Shown: piece by piece, positions 39,269 to 49,168 of the stretch
Position numbering within the stretch: position 1 is the stretch's first letter
Layout: each line of letters starts with the position of its first letter
Source: Candidatus Bathyarchaeia archaeon
GTDB taxonomy: Archaea > Thermoproteota > Bathyarchaeia > Bathyarchaeales > Bathycorpusculaceae
Assembly (NCBI GenBank): GCA_049969855.1
Contig: JBMFOB010000001.1
Span: 32,001 to 96,000, forward strand
Length of the DNA: 64,000 nucleotides
Reading direction: 5' to 3'
Notes under the pieces: model-generated
Told to the model about the DNA's origin: nothing
Seen by the model: the letters and a program-made list of their open reading frames with translations, nothing else
Databases searched by the model: none
Program-made: the position numbers and the translations under genes

Positions 39269-40053
39269 TAGGCTTCCTCTCCATAAAGTTCATTCAATCT
39301 TTCAATTGTGCCACGCGTCCAGATTGTGAGCCTTCCAGGATGCGTTCCAGGAGCAAGTATTTCAGCGTTTAAATTATTAACAGTAACAACATCCAAGCCT
39401 GGAATGTTTCTTGCAGCTTCCATTATTCCCTTATTTTCATTCACAACTATAAGCGGACCTACAGCCTGTTTTATTTTTCTTCCTCTACGTTTACCTTTTC
39501 CAGCCCGAATGTTCCTGCTTTCTTTGACTCTGTAAATGTCTGAAAACACGCCCAATTGCACGAGAACTTCTTCAACATCTTTCGTTCTCTTCAGCTTCTC
39601 AAGGTTATCTGTAACGATTAGGGGGATTTGGGGAACATCCTCGATTGCATGGTTCCGAGAAGCTACCACTTCTTTATGGGCTGTTGCAGCTATCGCTGAA
39701 AGTAACGCAAGCCTCTTCTCCTTCTTTGGAATTCGTTTAACAATTTTTTTATTTGAGGTCGGTGGATGCGCTGCCCTTCCGCCCACTGTTCCCGGGGCAA
39801 AGGCGCCTCTACCCGCTGGTCCCTTAGTTCGAGGTATCCTTGATATGCCAAGGTCTACGCCTCTGGATTCTGCTGATGTTCTTTTTCCAGCCATCGGATC
39901 TCTGCCTTGAGGTTGGATTCTGCTTGATTGTATTGCCAAGACAGCTCGTCTTATAACGTCAGGTCTTAATGGAGTTTCAAAGACTGATGGAAGGTTTATT
40001 TTTCCAACAGGCTTTCCTTGAAGATCGAAGACGTTCATTGTCTTTTTAGCCAT
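39268..40053 (-). CDS. rpl4: 50S ribosomal protein L4
   Basis: GKRTSAES, GGRAAHPP, RAGKGKRRGR, LAPGTHPGRLT. Confidence 0.97.
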   Translation of the reverse strand: MAKKTMNVFDLQGKPVGKINLPSVFETPLRPDVIRRAVLAIQSSRIQPQGRDPMAGKRTSAESRGVDLGISRIPRTKGPAGRGAFAPGTVGGRAAHPPTSNKKIVKRIPKKEKRLALLSAIAATAHKEVVASRNHAIEDVPQIPLIVTDNLEKLKRTKDVEEVLVQLGVFSDIYRVKESRNIRAGKGKRRGRKIKQAVGPLIVVNENKGIMEAARNIPGLDVVTVNNLNAEILAPGTHPGRLTIWTRGTIERLNELYGEEA

Positions 40054-40066
40054 TTACGTTCACCGT

Positions 40067-41080
40067 TTACTTTCCTTGCGGAGACTCAAGAGATATATGG
40101 GTGATTTGTGGCAACTCCTCAGCGGCTTGTTTTGGTGGACGAGCCGGATAGCGCAATTTTATTGCACGTTTCTCTGGTCCCGGCACGCTTCCATCAAGCA
40201 AAATGTAAGGTCCATGAACTATGCCATATCTTATGAAACCGCCTTTCGGCGTTACTTCTTTTCCGTCCTTTCCAATTTTGAGAATGCGCTTGTTGTATTC
40301 TGTTCTTTGGTGGAAACCCATTTGCCCAGCTCTTGGAACGCTGTACATTACGTGGTGGGGGTTCCATGGACCTAGGGTGGCTATGCCCCTTTTTGTCTTT
40401 CTTCCCTTATGCTGCAGAACTGTTACACCCCAACGTTTTACTGGTCCTTGAAAACCTTTTCCGGTCGAAACGGCGATAACGTCTAGGTATTGCCCTTCTT
40501 TAAAAATTTCAGCGGGGTTCACAGTTTTTCCTAAAAGGTTTTTTGCATATTCAAACTGTTGTTGAATGGTTCCTCCGCCTATTTCGATTTCTGCAATGTC
40601 TGGTTTTTTCTTTGGCACACCAGTTTGTTTCGGTTGAGTTATGGCTATAACTCGGATTTTTGTCGCTTTTTCCAAGTTTTCTTCAATTTTTTTGAGGTTT
40701 TCTTCGGTATTGAAGTTCTCTGGAAGAGTGAAAACTCTTTCAAGTTCTTCTGGAGGGTCTTTCATCCATGCTTCTGTAACGGTTTGCAAACCATAGGCGT
40801 TTTTTGTGTAGGCTCTAACAGCGCACACAAGTATGGGCGGCGTTTCTATAATGGTTGCTGGGCGCATTACTTCTTTGCCATAATTTGGTGAACGCTTCCT
40901 ATCCTCTATTGCGAAGACATAGGTCATACCAGCCTTATAACCCATAAAACCCAAAAGCCTAGGCGTTTCAGCCATTATTTTTGGCCAATACCGAATTCTA
41001 GCCAACAATCTTTTAGCACGTTTCCTAGGCAAATAAGCAAGTGAACCATGTTTTGGCGCATGAGTTTTTCTATGACCCAT
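40067..41080 (-). CDS. rpl3: 50S ribosomal protein L3
   Basis: GSLAYLPRKRA, GYKAGMT, GKGFQGPVKRWG, GQMGFHQRTEYNK. Confidence 0.97.
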   Translation of the reverse strand: MGHRKTHAPKHGSLAYLPRKRAKRLLARIRYWPKIMAETPRLLGFMGYKAGMTYVFAIEDRKRSPNYGKEVMRPATIIETPPILVCAVRAYTKNAYGLQTVTEAWMKDPPEELERVFTLPENFNTEENLKKIEENLEKATKIRVIAITQPKQTGVPKKKPDIAEIEIGGGTIQQQFEYAKNLLGKTVNPAEIFKEGQYLDVIAVSTGKGFQGPVKRWGVTVLQHKGRKTKRGIATLGPWNPHHVMYSVPRAGQMGFHQRTEYNKRILKIGKDGKEVTPKGGFIRYGIVHGPYILLDGSVPGPEKRAIKLRYPARPPKQAAEELPQITHISLESPQGK

Positions 41081-41244
41081 TGTTTCTCGCTTCGCGTCTT
41101 TTAGGAATGAGAATAAGGAGTTATAAACGTTACCGTTAAAGGCTAATTTTTGGAGCGAAAATTATCCAATACGGATAGGCCTCTCTAGGTTTTTGTTTTA
41201 GTAAATGTTATAAAGTGAACGATAGAATTTTTTAGGGGTTTAGC

Positions 41245-41898
41245 GTGTCAGATATTGTGTCTAAAGTTGCTTATGCCCTTTACAATTCTGGATGTTTAAA
41301 ATTCGGCACTTTCAAGATTAAATCCGGAGCCTTAAGCCCCTACTACATCGACCTTGCCTCCTTACTCTCCTCGCCAAAAGATCTATCCACCATTGTCGAT
41401 ATAGCAGCAGAAAAAATCAATGAAATTAGGAAAACCGAAAAAATAGACCAGTTAGCCTCCATCGAGCTAAAAGGTGCGCTCATACTGCCAAGCATAGCGT
41501 GCAGAGTAAAATTGCCATGCACCATAGTCAGAAAAGAAGATAAGACCTATGGGGTCACTGGAAGAATTGCGGGAGCCAATGTTGCCAAGGACGAAAACAT
41601 ACTATTTTTTGATGACGTTATCACTGAAGGATTGTCCAAGCTTGAGGGAATAAAATCATTAGAAATGCATGGAGCTAATGTCAAAAATGTGATGGTAGTC
41701 GTGGACAGAGAGGAAGGCGGCAAAGAAAACCTTGATAAATTAGGGTATAAAGTTCATGCCCTTGCAAAAGTTTCCGAACTTGTTGACTTCCTCTTCCAAA
41801 CAGAACAAATCTCAAAAGAACAAAGAGATGCTGTCATGAACTATGCTAAAAAGGACAAAAATGCTTTAGCGACTGAAATTAAAGGTGGGCAAAATTAA
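41245..41898 (+). CDS. pyrE: Orotate phosphoribosyltransferase
   Basis: KFG.F.IKSG.LSPYYID, RKE.K.YG, FDDVIT.G.S, VVDRE. Confidence 0.9.
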   Translation: MSDIVSKVAYALYNSGCLKFGTFKIKSGALSPYYIDLASLLSSPKDLSTIVDIAAEKINEIRKTEKIDQLASIELKGALILPSIACRVKLPCTIVRKEDKTYGVTGRIAGANVAKDENILFFDDVITEGLSKLEGIKSLEMHGANVKNVMVVVDREEGGKENLDKLGYKVHALAKVSELVDFLFQTEQISKEQRDAVMNYAKKDKNALATEIKGGQN

Positions 41899-42443
41899 AC
41901 CTTTGCAATTATCGCGTTTAGTATTTTTTGAGCGCATTCTTCTGGCTTAAATTTAGTAGTATCAACTGTTATTTCTGGATTTAGTGGCTCCTCATATGGT
42001 TGTCCAAAACCGGGAACGGTTGGCGCTTTTCCTTGGAGGGCTTTGGCGTAGATTTGTTTTGGTGCATGGTAAGTTTTTCCTCTTTTGGCTTCACGTTCCA
42101 TACAAACCTCTAAAGGACATTTCAAATAGGCTTCGATAAAACGTGAGATTTGTTTTCTGGCATTTTCCCGGTAACGTCTCAAGTTGCCAGTGGCATCGAT
42201 CACAACGTTTACGCCATTTTGTGTTAAAAGTTTGGCAATGTAGACAAGAGTTGAATAAACTATGTCACGCTCTTCCAGCGTGTAGGTTGGTTTGGGAGTT
42301 AAGACCTTACGTAAAGCGTCAGAAGCTAGTAGCTGCGCTTGAATGTTCTTTTGCGTAAGAAGTTTAAGCAAGGCTTCGGAGACAACAGACTTGCCGCTGC
42401 CAGGCAAACCAGTAATCCAAACACACCAGCCCTCTTTAACCAT
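41895..42443 (-). CDS. Adenylyl-sulfate kinase-like P-loop kinase
   Basis: WITGLPGSGKS, CPLEVC, PYEEP.NPE; start at MVKEG assumed. Confidence 0.8.
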   Translation of the reverse strand: MVKEGWCVWITGLPGSGKSVVSEALLKLLTQKNIQAQLLASDALRKVLTPKPTYTLEERDIVYSTLVYIAKLLTQNGVNVVIDATGNLRRYRENARKQISRFIEAYLKCPLEVCMEREAKRGKTYHAPKQIYAKALQGKAPTVPGFGQPYEEPLNPEITVDTTKFKPEECAQKILNAIIAKV

Positions 42444-42465
42444 TAATCTCTCTCCACGGAACAGA

Positions 42466-42864
42466 TTATAATTGCAGCTCATGCATAAATCCTCTCAAAA
42501 ATTGATAATCTTCTACCTTAAACAAGTGGCTTATGCACCTACAATCCGAAGAACCAAAACCTCGCATGGGAACGCCTTTCTCACTTATGATGTTTGCCAC
42601 TTCGCACTCTTCAAAAGGTCCTTGAACCGCAAAAACCTTCAAAACATTCACACTCTCATCACTAAGCAAATAGTCTATGTGCCAAAATTTTGTCTTATTC
42701 TTCCTCAAATGGCGTTCAATTCTTTTCCTTAAGCCTTTTTTGGCTGAACCTACATAGATGTAGATTCCTTTTTCAAAATTTAAGTTTCCCAAGGCGCCCA
42801 CATTAACGTTAACGTTTTTGCCAACTTCGATGACTAAAACATACACGTCGTTCACTATGCTCAT
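42466..42864 (-). CDS. GIY-YIG nuclease (DUF123)
   Basis: GIYIYVGSA, RIERH, WHIDYL, GFGSSDC.C.SHL. Confidence 0.9.
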   Translation of the reverse strand: MSIVNDVYVLVIEVGKNVNVNVGALGNLNFEKGIYIYVGSAKKGLRKRIERHLRKNKTKFWHIDYLLSDESVNVLKVFAVQGPFEECEVANIISEKGVPMRGFGSSDCRCISHLFKVEDYQFLRGFMHELQL

Positions 42865-42868
42865 CCAT

Positions 42869-42988
42869 TTAAGAATTGTTAGGACTGTACCATTTCAAAA
42901 TTTCAGCAATAACCTCCTCAGAATAACCCATCTCTTTAAGCTGCCTCTTCAAATCATCAATGAGCTCATCATCCAAATTAGCCGCCAC
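42869..42988 (-). CDS. Small hypothetical protein (39 aa, not in the ORF track)
   Basis: Manual translation MAANLDDELIDDLKRQLKEMGYSEEVIAEILKWYSPNNS; ends 4 nt before the next co-oriented start. Confidence 0.55.
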   Translation of the reverse strand: MAANLDDELIDDLKRQLKEMGYSEEVIAEILKWYSPNNS

Positions 42989-43042
42989 AAAAAGCAAAAT
43001 TAAATCCAAAACTATTTATCCTTTACCGTCAACGTTTAAGCC

Positions 43043-43410
43043 ATGCCAAACCAAAAAACACTACACAATGTAACCTACTGCGGTTTATACTGCAAACTAT
43101 GCGCACAACAAAGCCGCATACCAAAACAAGCATCCCAACTGAAACAAAGTCTCCACGAAGAAGGATTTGACGACTTTTACCAATACGTGCCAGAAATGAA
43201 AGAAACCTTTCCGCAGTTCTGGCAGTTTGTCCACAATGCAAAGAATACCCATGCAAGCTTATACAATCATTGGCAGAGCATTACCCAACCCTAATCCAAG
43301 ATGGAAAACGCCTGCAAAAAATTGGCATAGAAGAATGGGTTAAAGAACAAGAGGAAAGGGCTAAACGTGGAGTAGTGTACGCAGATATACGTTACAGAAC
43401 TGAAAACTAA
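43043..43410 (+). pseudogene. DUF3795-family Cys-rich protein, frameshifted by an apparent internal deletion
   Basis: YCGLYCKLC in one frame; C-terminal CPQCKEYPC...RLQKIGIEEWVKEQEER in another frame from about 43228. Confidence 0.75.
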
Positions 43411-44555
43411 ACTTCACTAATATAGGAATTTACACGTTTTAAATCGAATTTTTCAAACTGTAAAACGTTTCTCACAAAGTTTAGAAGTTTTATGCGAACA
43501 TCCCTGTTTAAGTTGGGATACCATATTGGCGAGGCAACGACCAACCCGCGCCATGCATAGAAGGGTTGAACAACCTCAAGAATTTCCCAATCATCTGTCT
43601 TCTCTAAATAATTTTTCCAGAATAGATGGAACAAATGCTCAAAAACTCCAGACAACTCGCCATATTTTTGCAGAGAATAAAAGATGTAATTGATTGTCAT
43701 GGCAGTAACATCATCTGCAGGTTCACCCCACTCGCCCCTGCTACGGTCCAAAACCGTAAAGTCTGTGCCCTCACGAAACAGGACATTCCATGGATGAAAA
43801 TCCCCATGCACTTGACTAAGTCTATGGGCTTTACGTTTAAGTCTCCAACGCCAAATGACACAGTCCCTTTCAATATCAATCAGATCTGACTCGCTAACAA
43901 AATCAAGTTCGCGCGGATAACTATCCAACAAACCCATGATGCATTCGCCATGTCCAACAAGTTCACGGGCACGCCTAACATAAAGCCAGGGAGCATCTCG
44001 CTTAACTTTATGAATTTCAACAAGATAATCCGACAAGGCTAAACAGCGCTTCTCATCCAATTCATTTAACTGTCCGCTTTCTTTGAGAATGTCCAAATCA
44101 AAATGGTATAGTTTACCGTCCACAAGTTCTGTTAAAATGAAAAATTCACCGCAATCACCCAAGGACTTCAAACCGTCGCCCTTTACAGTAAAAGCACCAA
44201 CATCTAACGAACGCACATGACGAGGCAGCTTGTTAAATGTTGAATGCTGCCAAAGCAAGACTTGAGCCCTATCAGAAACATAATCATGCCCAAACCCTTC
44301 AGAACGCATTGTCTCCAAAACAACCCGTTTAGTTACGCCATTAACCATAAACTCAATAACATAGGGAACACCATAACCAAAACCCTTCAAATCCCTTGAA
44401 ACCTCAGACTTTTCAGCTCCAAGCCTCCAAACTCCACAAATTTTAACATCAGCATCATACAAGGAAGATAAATACTCTCGCAGAACATTTTCAGAAACTC
44501 TTAGTTGCTGATCGCTTCTTTTCGTCACCATCCGCCTTTCACCACATAATAGCAT
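43407..44555 (-). CDS. Aminoglycoside phosphotransferase/choline kinase-like protein
   Basis: HGDFHPWNVLF, LDRSRGEWGEPADD; real start may be MVTKR. Confidence 0.85.
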   Translation of the reverse strand: MLLCGERRMVTKRSDQQLRVSENVLREYLSSLYDADVKICGVWRLGAEKSEVSRDLKGFGYGVPYVIEFMVNGVTKRVVLETMRSEGFGHDYVSDRAQVLLWQHSTFNKLPRHVRSLDVGAFTVKGDGLKSLGDCGEFFILTELVDGKLYHFDLDILKESGQLNELDEKRCLALSDYLVEIHKVKRDAPWLYVRRARELVGHGECIMGLLDSYPRELDFVSESDLIDIERDCVIWRWRLKRKAHRLSQVHGDFHPWNVLFREGTDFTVLDRSRGEWGEPADDVTAMTINYIFYSLQKYGELSGVFEHLFHLFWKNYLEKTDDWEILEVVQPFYAWRGLVVASPIWYPNLNRDVRIKLLNFVRNVLQFEKFDLKRVNSYISEV

Positions 44556-44649
44556 CTCGCCACAAACAGAGGGTTAAGGTGAAGGCTGTACTTAAATATA
44601 TAAATAAATTACACCCTTGACTTTCATTAAAAGCTTCATGGCGATTAAA

Positions 44650-46005
44650 ATGAACATACTCATCCACAGCGGAACAATCCTAACAATGCATAATGGAAAA
44701 GTTATTCGCAAAGGCGCCATCGCAATAGAAGAAGAAACAATAGTTGATGTTGGAAAAACCCAAGAATTAAAAAGAAAATACGGAAGAGGCTACGAAAAGA
44801 TAGATGCAAAAGGCAAGATTGTCCTGCCAAGCCTCATCAACACTCACCAGCATGCCGCCATGAGCTTACTGCGAGGATACGCTGATGATTTACCACTTCA
44901 AGAGTGGTTGGAAAAATGGATATGGCCAATAGAAAAACACATGACGCCCAACGACATTTACGTTGGAGCCTTATTAACAGCAATAGAATCAATAATGGGC
45001 GGAACAACAACAGTCAACACAATGTACCATTACACGCCAGAAGAAAACGAAGCAAAAGCCTTCGCAGACGCAGGCTTAAGGGGAGTAATCGGTCATGTTT
45101 GCTTTTCATGGAGGAAGAAAGAGGATAAAAAAGCATTATTAGGTTTGGCCAAAAAATGGCACACAAAAGAAAAAGGGCTAATTCGCGTCAGTGTAGACCC
45201 TCATGCACCATACACTGTTGACCCGGAATATATGAAAGAACTAAAAACCATAAGAGAGGAATTAACAGAAAAGTTTGGCTCAGAAAATGCGCCGATAATT
45301 TGGCATACACATATTGCTGAAACAAGTGATGAAAAAGAAAAAATCCGAAAAGCCTTCAACGTCCAAATTAAAAGTGGAGTTATGGTATACTTAGATTCAT
45401 TAGGAGTTTTAAATGACAAAGTGGTTGCAGCTCACTGCGTAGCCTTAAGGGATGAAGATGTTAAAATCATGAAAAAGAGAGATGTTAAAGTTTCACACAA
45501 TCCCATCTCAAACCTTAAACTTGCTTCTGGCGTAAGCCGCATCCCAAAAATGTTGAAAGAAGACGTAACAGTTTCCCTAGGCACTGACAGCCCATGCTCA
45601 AACAACACGGCAGACATGTTTGAAACAATGAAAACAACAGCCATCTTACACAAAGGAATAAACAAAAACCCGACATTACTGCCTGCGGAAAAAATTTTGG
45701 AGATGGCAACAATAGAAGGTGCAAAGGCATTGTGTTGGGATAACGAAATAGGTTCAATAGTTGCAGGCAAAAGGGCAGATTTAACAATCATAAACATGAA
45801 TAAACCGCATCTTTGCCCATTATACAATGAAGCAAGCCACTTGGTTTACGCCGCAAAGGCGTCAGATGTTGAAACCGTAATAATAAATGGCAAATTAATT
45901 ATGGAAAATAGAACGCTTAACACATTAAATGTTGAAAAAGTCATGGCGCTTGCAGAAAAAGCAAAAGAAAACCTTCTTAGAAAATTAAGCGCCAACATTA
46001 AATAG
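44650..46005 (+). CDS. mtaD: 5'-deoxyadenosine / MTA / SAH deaminase (amidohydrolase)
   Basis: NTHQH..MSLLRG.ADDLPL..WL, PHAPYT, HIAET, AAHCV, HNP.SNLKLASG, LGTD. Confidence 0.85.
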   Translation: MNILIHSGTILTMHNGKVIRKGAIAIEEETIVDVGKTQELKRKYGRGYEKIDAKGKIVLPSLINTHQHAAMSLLRGYADDLPLQEWLEKWIWPIEKHMTPNDIYVGALLTAIESIMGGTTTVNTMYHYTPEENEAKAFADAGLRGVIGHVCFSWRKKEDKKALLGLAKKWHTKEKGLIRVSVDPHAPYTVDPEYMKELKTIREELTEKFGSENAPIIWHTHIAETSDEKEKIRKAFNVQIKSGVMVYLDSLGVLNDKVVAAHCVALRDEDVKIMKKRDVKVSHNPISNLKLASGVSRIPKMLKEDVTVSLGTDSPCSNNTADMFETMKTTAILHKGINKNPTLLPAEKILEMATIEGAKALCWDNEIGSIVAGKRADLTIINMNKPHLCPLYNEASHLVYAAKASDVETVIINGKLIMENRTLNTLNVEKVMALAEKAKENLLRKLSANIK

Positions 46006-46038
46006 TTAGTTTGATGAGCATAAGGAGAAGGAGTCAAA

Positions 46039-47295
46039 ATGAAAGACTTCAAAGTCAAAGACATAACTCTCGCTTCAAAAGGTTATCTACAAATAGAATG
46101 GGCTTCAAAACACATGCCAGTCCTAAACCAGATAAAAGAAAGATTCCAAAAAGAAAAACCCCTAAAAAACTTGACATTGGGCGCATGCCTCCATGTAACA
46201 AAAGAAACAGCCGTCCTCGTCGACACTTTTCTCGCTGGAGGAGCAAAAGTTGCATTATGCGGTTCCAACCCACTTTCCACACAAGACGATGTGGCAGCTG
46301 CTCTCGCAGAAAAAGGCGTAAACGTTTTCGCATGGAGAGCACAAACAACAGATGAATATTACTGGTGCATTGAAAGCGTGGTGGACCGCAAGCCGGTAAT
46401 AACGCTTGATGATGGAGCAGACCTTGTAGGAACAATACACAACAAAAGAACTGAAGCATTAAACAACATTAAAGGAGGCACAGAAGAAACCACAACAGGC
46501 GTCTTACGCCTAAGAGCCATGGAAAAAACTGGCGCACTCAAATATGCGATAATAGCCGTAAATGACGCTTACACAAAATACTTGTTTGACAACAGATACG
46601 GAACAGGACAAAGCACAATAGACGGAATCCTAAGGGCCACAAACATTCTTTTAGCAGGCAAAAACTTTGTCGTCTGCGGTTACGGATGGTGCGGAAGAGG
46701 AATAGCCATGAGAGCGCAAGGAATGGGAGCCAACGTAATAATCACAGAAGCGAATCCGTTAAGGGCTCTTGAAGCTGCAATGAACGGTTTTCGCATAATG
46801 CCAATTGCCGAGGCAGCAAAGGTAGGCGACATATTCGTAACAGCAACAGGCGATATAAGCGTCATAAGAAAAGAACACATGCAAAAAATGAAGGACGGCG
46901 CAATACTAGCCAACAGCGGTCACTTCAACGTTGAAATAAACATAAAGGACTTAGAAGAATTAGCAGCTTCAAAACGAACAATAAGGGCAAACCTTGAAGA
47001 GTACACATTAAAAGATGGAAGAAAACTGTATCTTTTGGCGGAAGGAAGACTTGTGAATCTTGCATCAGCGGAAGGGCATCCTTCAGAGGTTATGGACATG
47101 TCCTTTGCAAACCAAGCCCTCTGCGTTGAATATTTAGCAAAAAATGTAAAGATGGCGCCAAAAGTTTACGAAGTTCCAAAAGAAGTGGATGAAACCGTGG
47201 CTAGGTTAAAGCTTAATGCAATGAAAATAAAAATAGACAAACTAACTAGTGAACAGAAGAAGTATTTAGCGACATGGGAAATGGGAACCATATAA
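46039..47295 (+). CDS. ahcY: Adenosylhomocysteinase (SAH/SIH hydrolase)
   Basis: [42 protein letters not shown]. Confidence 0.97.
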   Translation: MKDFKVKDITLASKGYLQIEWASKHMPVLNQIKERFQKEKPLKNLTLGACLHVTKETAVLVDTFLAGGAKVALCGSNPLSTQDDVAAALAEKGVNVFAWRAQTTDEYYWCIESVVDRKPVITLDDGADLVGTIHNKRTEALNNIKGGTEETTTGVLRLRAMEKTGALKYAIIAVNDAYTKYLFDNRYGTGQSTIDGILRATNILLAGKNFVVCGYGWCGRGIAMRAQGMGANVIITEANPLRALEAAMNGFRIMPIAEAAKVGDIFVTATGDISVIRKEHMQKMKDGAILANSGHFNVEINIKDLEELAASKRTIRANLEEYTLKDGRKLYLLAEGRLVNLASAEGHPSEVMDMSFANQALCVEYLAKNVKMAPKVYEVPKEVDETVARLKLNAMKIKIDKLTSEQKKYLATWEMGTI

Positions 47296-47371
47296 AGTTG
47301 AAACCGAAAGCTATGGTAAACTTTTTAAAGCTTAAGCGGATAAACATGGGTTACATAGGGTGATGTAATAA

Positions 47372-47704
47372 ATGGTTAGTAAAGATCAAGCAATTGGCGG
47401 AATAATATTTGTAGTATGTTTAATAGTAGGCATATTATACACTGTCGGGTTGTTCTACTTTGGAAACCCGCTTGGAGGTTGGGCAATAGAATTTTGGCTC
47501 ATTGCAATTCCAGTGTTTCTCGCATTCATTGCCATAATGGGCATAGGTGCATGGATAGGTTGGACAATGGCTACAACGCCACCACCGAAACCAATAGAAG
47601 AGATAACAAGCGAGGTTGAAGAGAAAAAGGAAGAAGAGAAAGCGGTAGAAGAAGCAACGGAAACCGAAGAAGAGAAAAAGCCTGAAAGAAAAAAGAAAAG
47701 CTAA
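47372..47704 (+). CDS. Conserved 2-TM membrane protein with acidic tail
   Basis: WIGWTMATTPPPKPIEE; two hydrophobic helices. Confidence 0.8.
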   Translation: MVSKDQAIGGIIFVVCLIVGILYTVGLFYFGNPLGGWAIEFWLIAIPVFLAFIAIMGIGAWIGWTMATTPPPKPIEEITSEVEEKKEEEKAVEEATETEEEKKPERKKKS

Positions 47705-47808
47705 AAGTGTCACATTTTCCAAAAAGTTTCATGTCAAGAAAACTGTTTCATCCATATTTTATGTTGCCGACTAACTAACAATTATTCTACTGTATAAAAC
47801 ATGCTCCT

Positions 47809-48183
47809 TTACAACCCAAGAAGCCTAAAAGCAAAATACAAAGCCACATAAACCACTGCGGAAAACCCAAAAATCATTGCGATTATTTTTGGAGAAACGG
47901 AAATAAAAGGAGTCTCTTCGCCTTTAGGCTGTATCTCATACTCCTTAATTCCATGCGTTTCAGAGTCAACCTTAACCAAAGCTATAAACTTTTTCAATTC
48001 AACCTCAACAGTGTATATTCCCTCTTCCAATGAAACCCTCTTGGGCTTTAGGCTTCCCTTATTTCCAATCCTTTTTAGAAACCCAGTAGCAATGGTTGTC
48101 ACAGTTTCAGCGTTTAACTCTCTTGTCTGAGGCGTGGCTGATGTAAGAGCGCCTAGCGCTTTTCTCTGAAGAGATGCCGACAA
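47809..48183 (-). CDS. Hypothetical protein with C-terminal membrane anchor
   Basis: Soluble domain plus terminal hydrophobic helix. Confidence 0.65.
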   Translation of the reverse strand: MSASLQRKALGALTSATPQTRELNAETVTTIATGFLKRIGNKGSLKPKRVSLEEGIYTVEVELKKFIALVKVDSETHGIKEYEIQPKGEETPFISVSPKIIAMIFGFSAVVYVALYFAFRLLGL

Positions 48184-48260
48184 TCATGTTGTCTCCTATA
48201 TCAGTTTATACGAAGTTATTGGGTGTTTAAAAGGGAATGTGTGTATCATGGTTAACCAAC

Positions 48261-48659
48261 CTAACCAGTTACGTTCTTGAGCATGCATTGGACTATGTTT
48301 TCGCACATCATACATTCTTCAGGGATTTTCTCCTTCGTTTTACGTTGGCTGAGATATCCAAAATGGTGGGGGCATCCTTGTTTCTTCGGCACTTGTAATG
48401 TTTCTTTTCCTTTTTGAACATTTACCTCTTGAACTTTAACGTCTACTTCAACCTCTGGCTTAGGATTTGTTTCAGTTATGGCAGCTTTTTCCTCCACTGC
48501 GATTTCGGTTAAGCAGTAGGGGCATGCATCATAAATTCTTGCATGTCTTGCGTTTAAATTTTCAACCTTGATTGGCGCCGTGAACACTTTTCCGCATGAT
48601 GGATTTGGGCAAGTATAGCTTTGATTCTTCATTGTCGCATCTTTATTTTTTGTGATCAT
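48261..48659 (-). CDS. Cys-rich two-zinc-finger hypothetical protein
   Basis: CPNPSC..CPYC and CPHHFGYL...IPEECMMC...C. Confidence 0.75.
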   Translation of the reverse strand: MITKNKDATMKNQSYTCPNPSCGKVFTAPIKVENLNARHARIYDACPYCLTEIAVEEKAAITETNPKPEVEVDVKVQEVNVQKGKETLQVPKKQGCPHHFGYLSQRKTKEKIPEECMMCENIVQCMLKNVTG

Positions 48660-48917
48660 TTTGTGATCATTGACCCTCCTTTAAAATAGAATCGGATTCC
48701 GAGTTTATAGTGTTAATGAATCCAGAATTAATATCATGGATATCTGCCAACAATTAAATTGAAACTCATGGAGAAGCACCTCTTACGTTTGACCTTTAAA
48801 CCCTAAACAACGGCATTATAATGTTTAATAGGTTTCCAACAAAGCTTACAGAAAATTCAGATTTTAAATTCATAACTGTTTTTAATTTTTCAAATTCTAA
48901 CATTCGCCATACTAAAG

Positions 48918-49115
48918 GTGAAGAATGTGTATATAGTATGGATAAAAATTGATGAAACCTTGCCAAAGATTGAGTTAAAAGGAGAATACCAAACAAGAAG
49001 CGAAGCAAAAAAGGCAGCACAACAAATCTTAAGCGACATAAAAGTTGAAATTGTAAACGCTTCAGAAAAGCGAGGCTCCATAAAAGCATTGGCAACAGCA
49101 AAGGCTATGCAATAA
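48918..49115 (+). CDS. Small hypothetical protein
   Basis: 65-aa ORF with protein-like composition in an otherwise empty gap. Confidence 0.5.
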   Translation: MKNVYIVWIKIDETLPKIELKGEYQTRSEAKKAAQQILSDIKVEIVNASEKRGSIKALATAKAMQ

Positions 49116-49168
49116 TTGCCAATTTTCAGCTAATTTTTGCCAAGCCTGCTTTGTTACGTACTCTTTCA

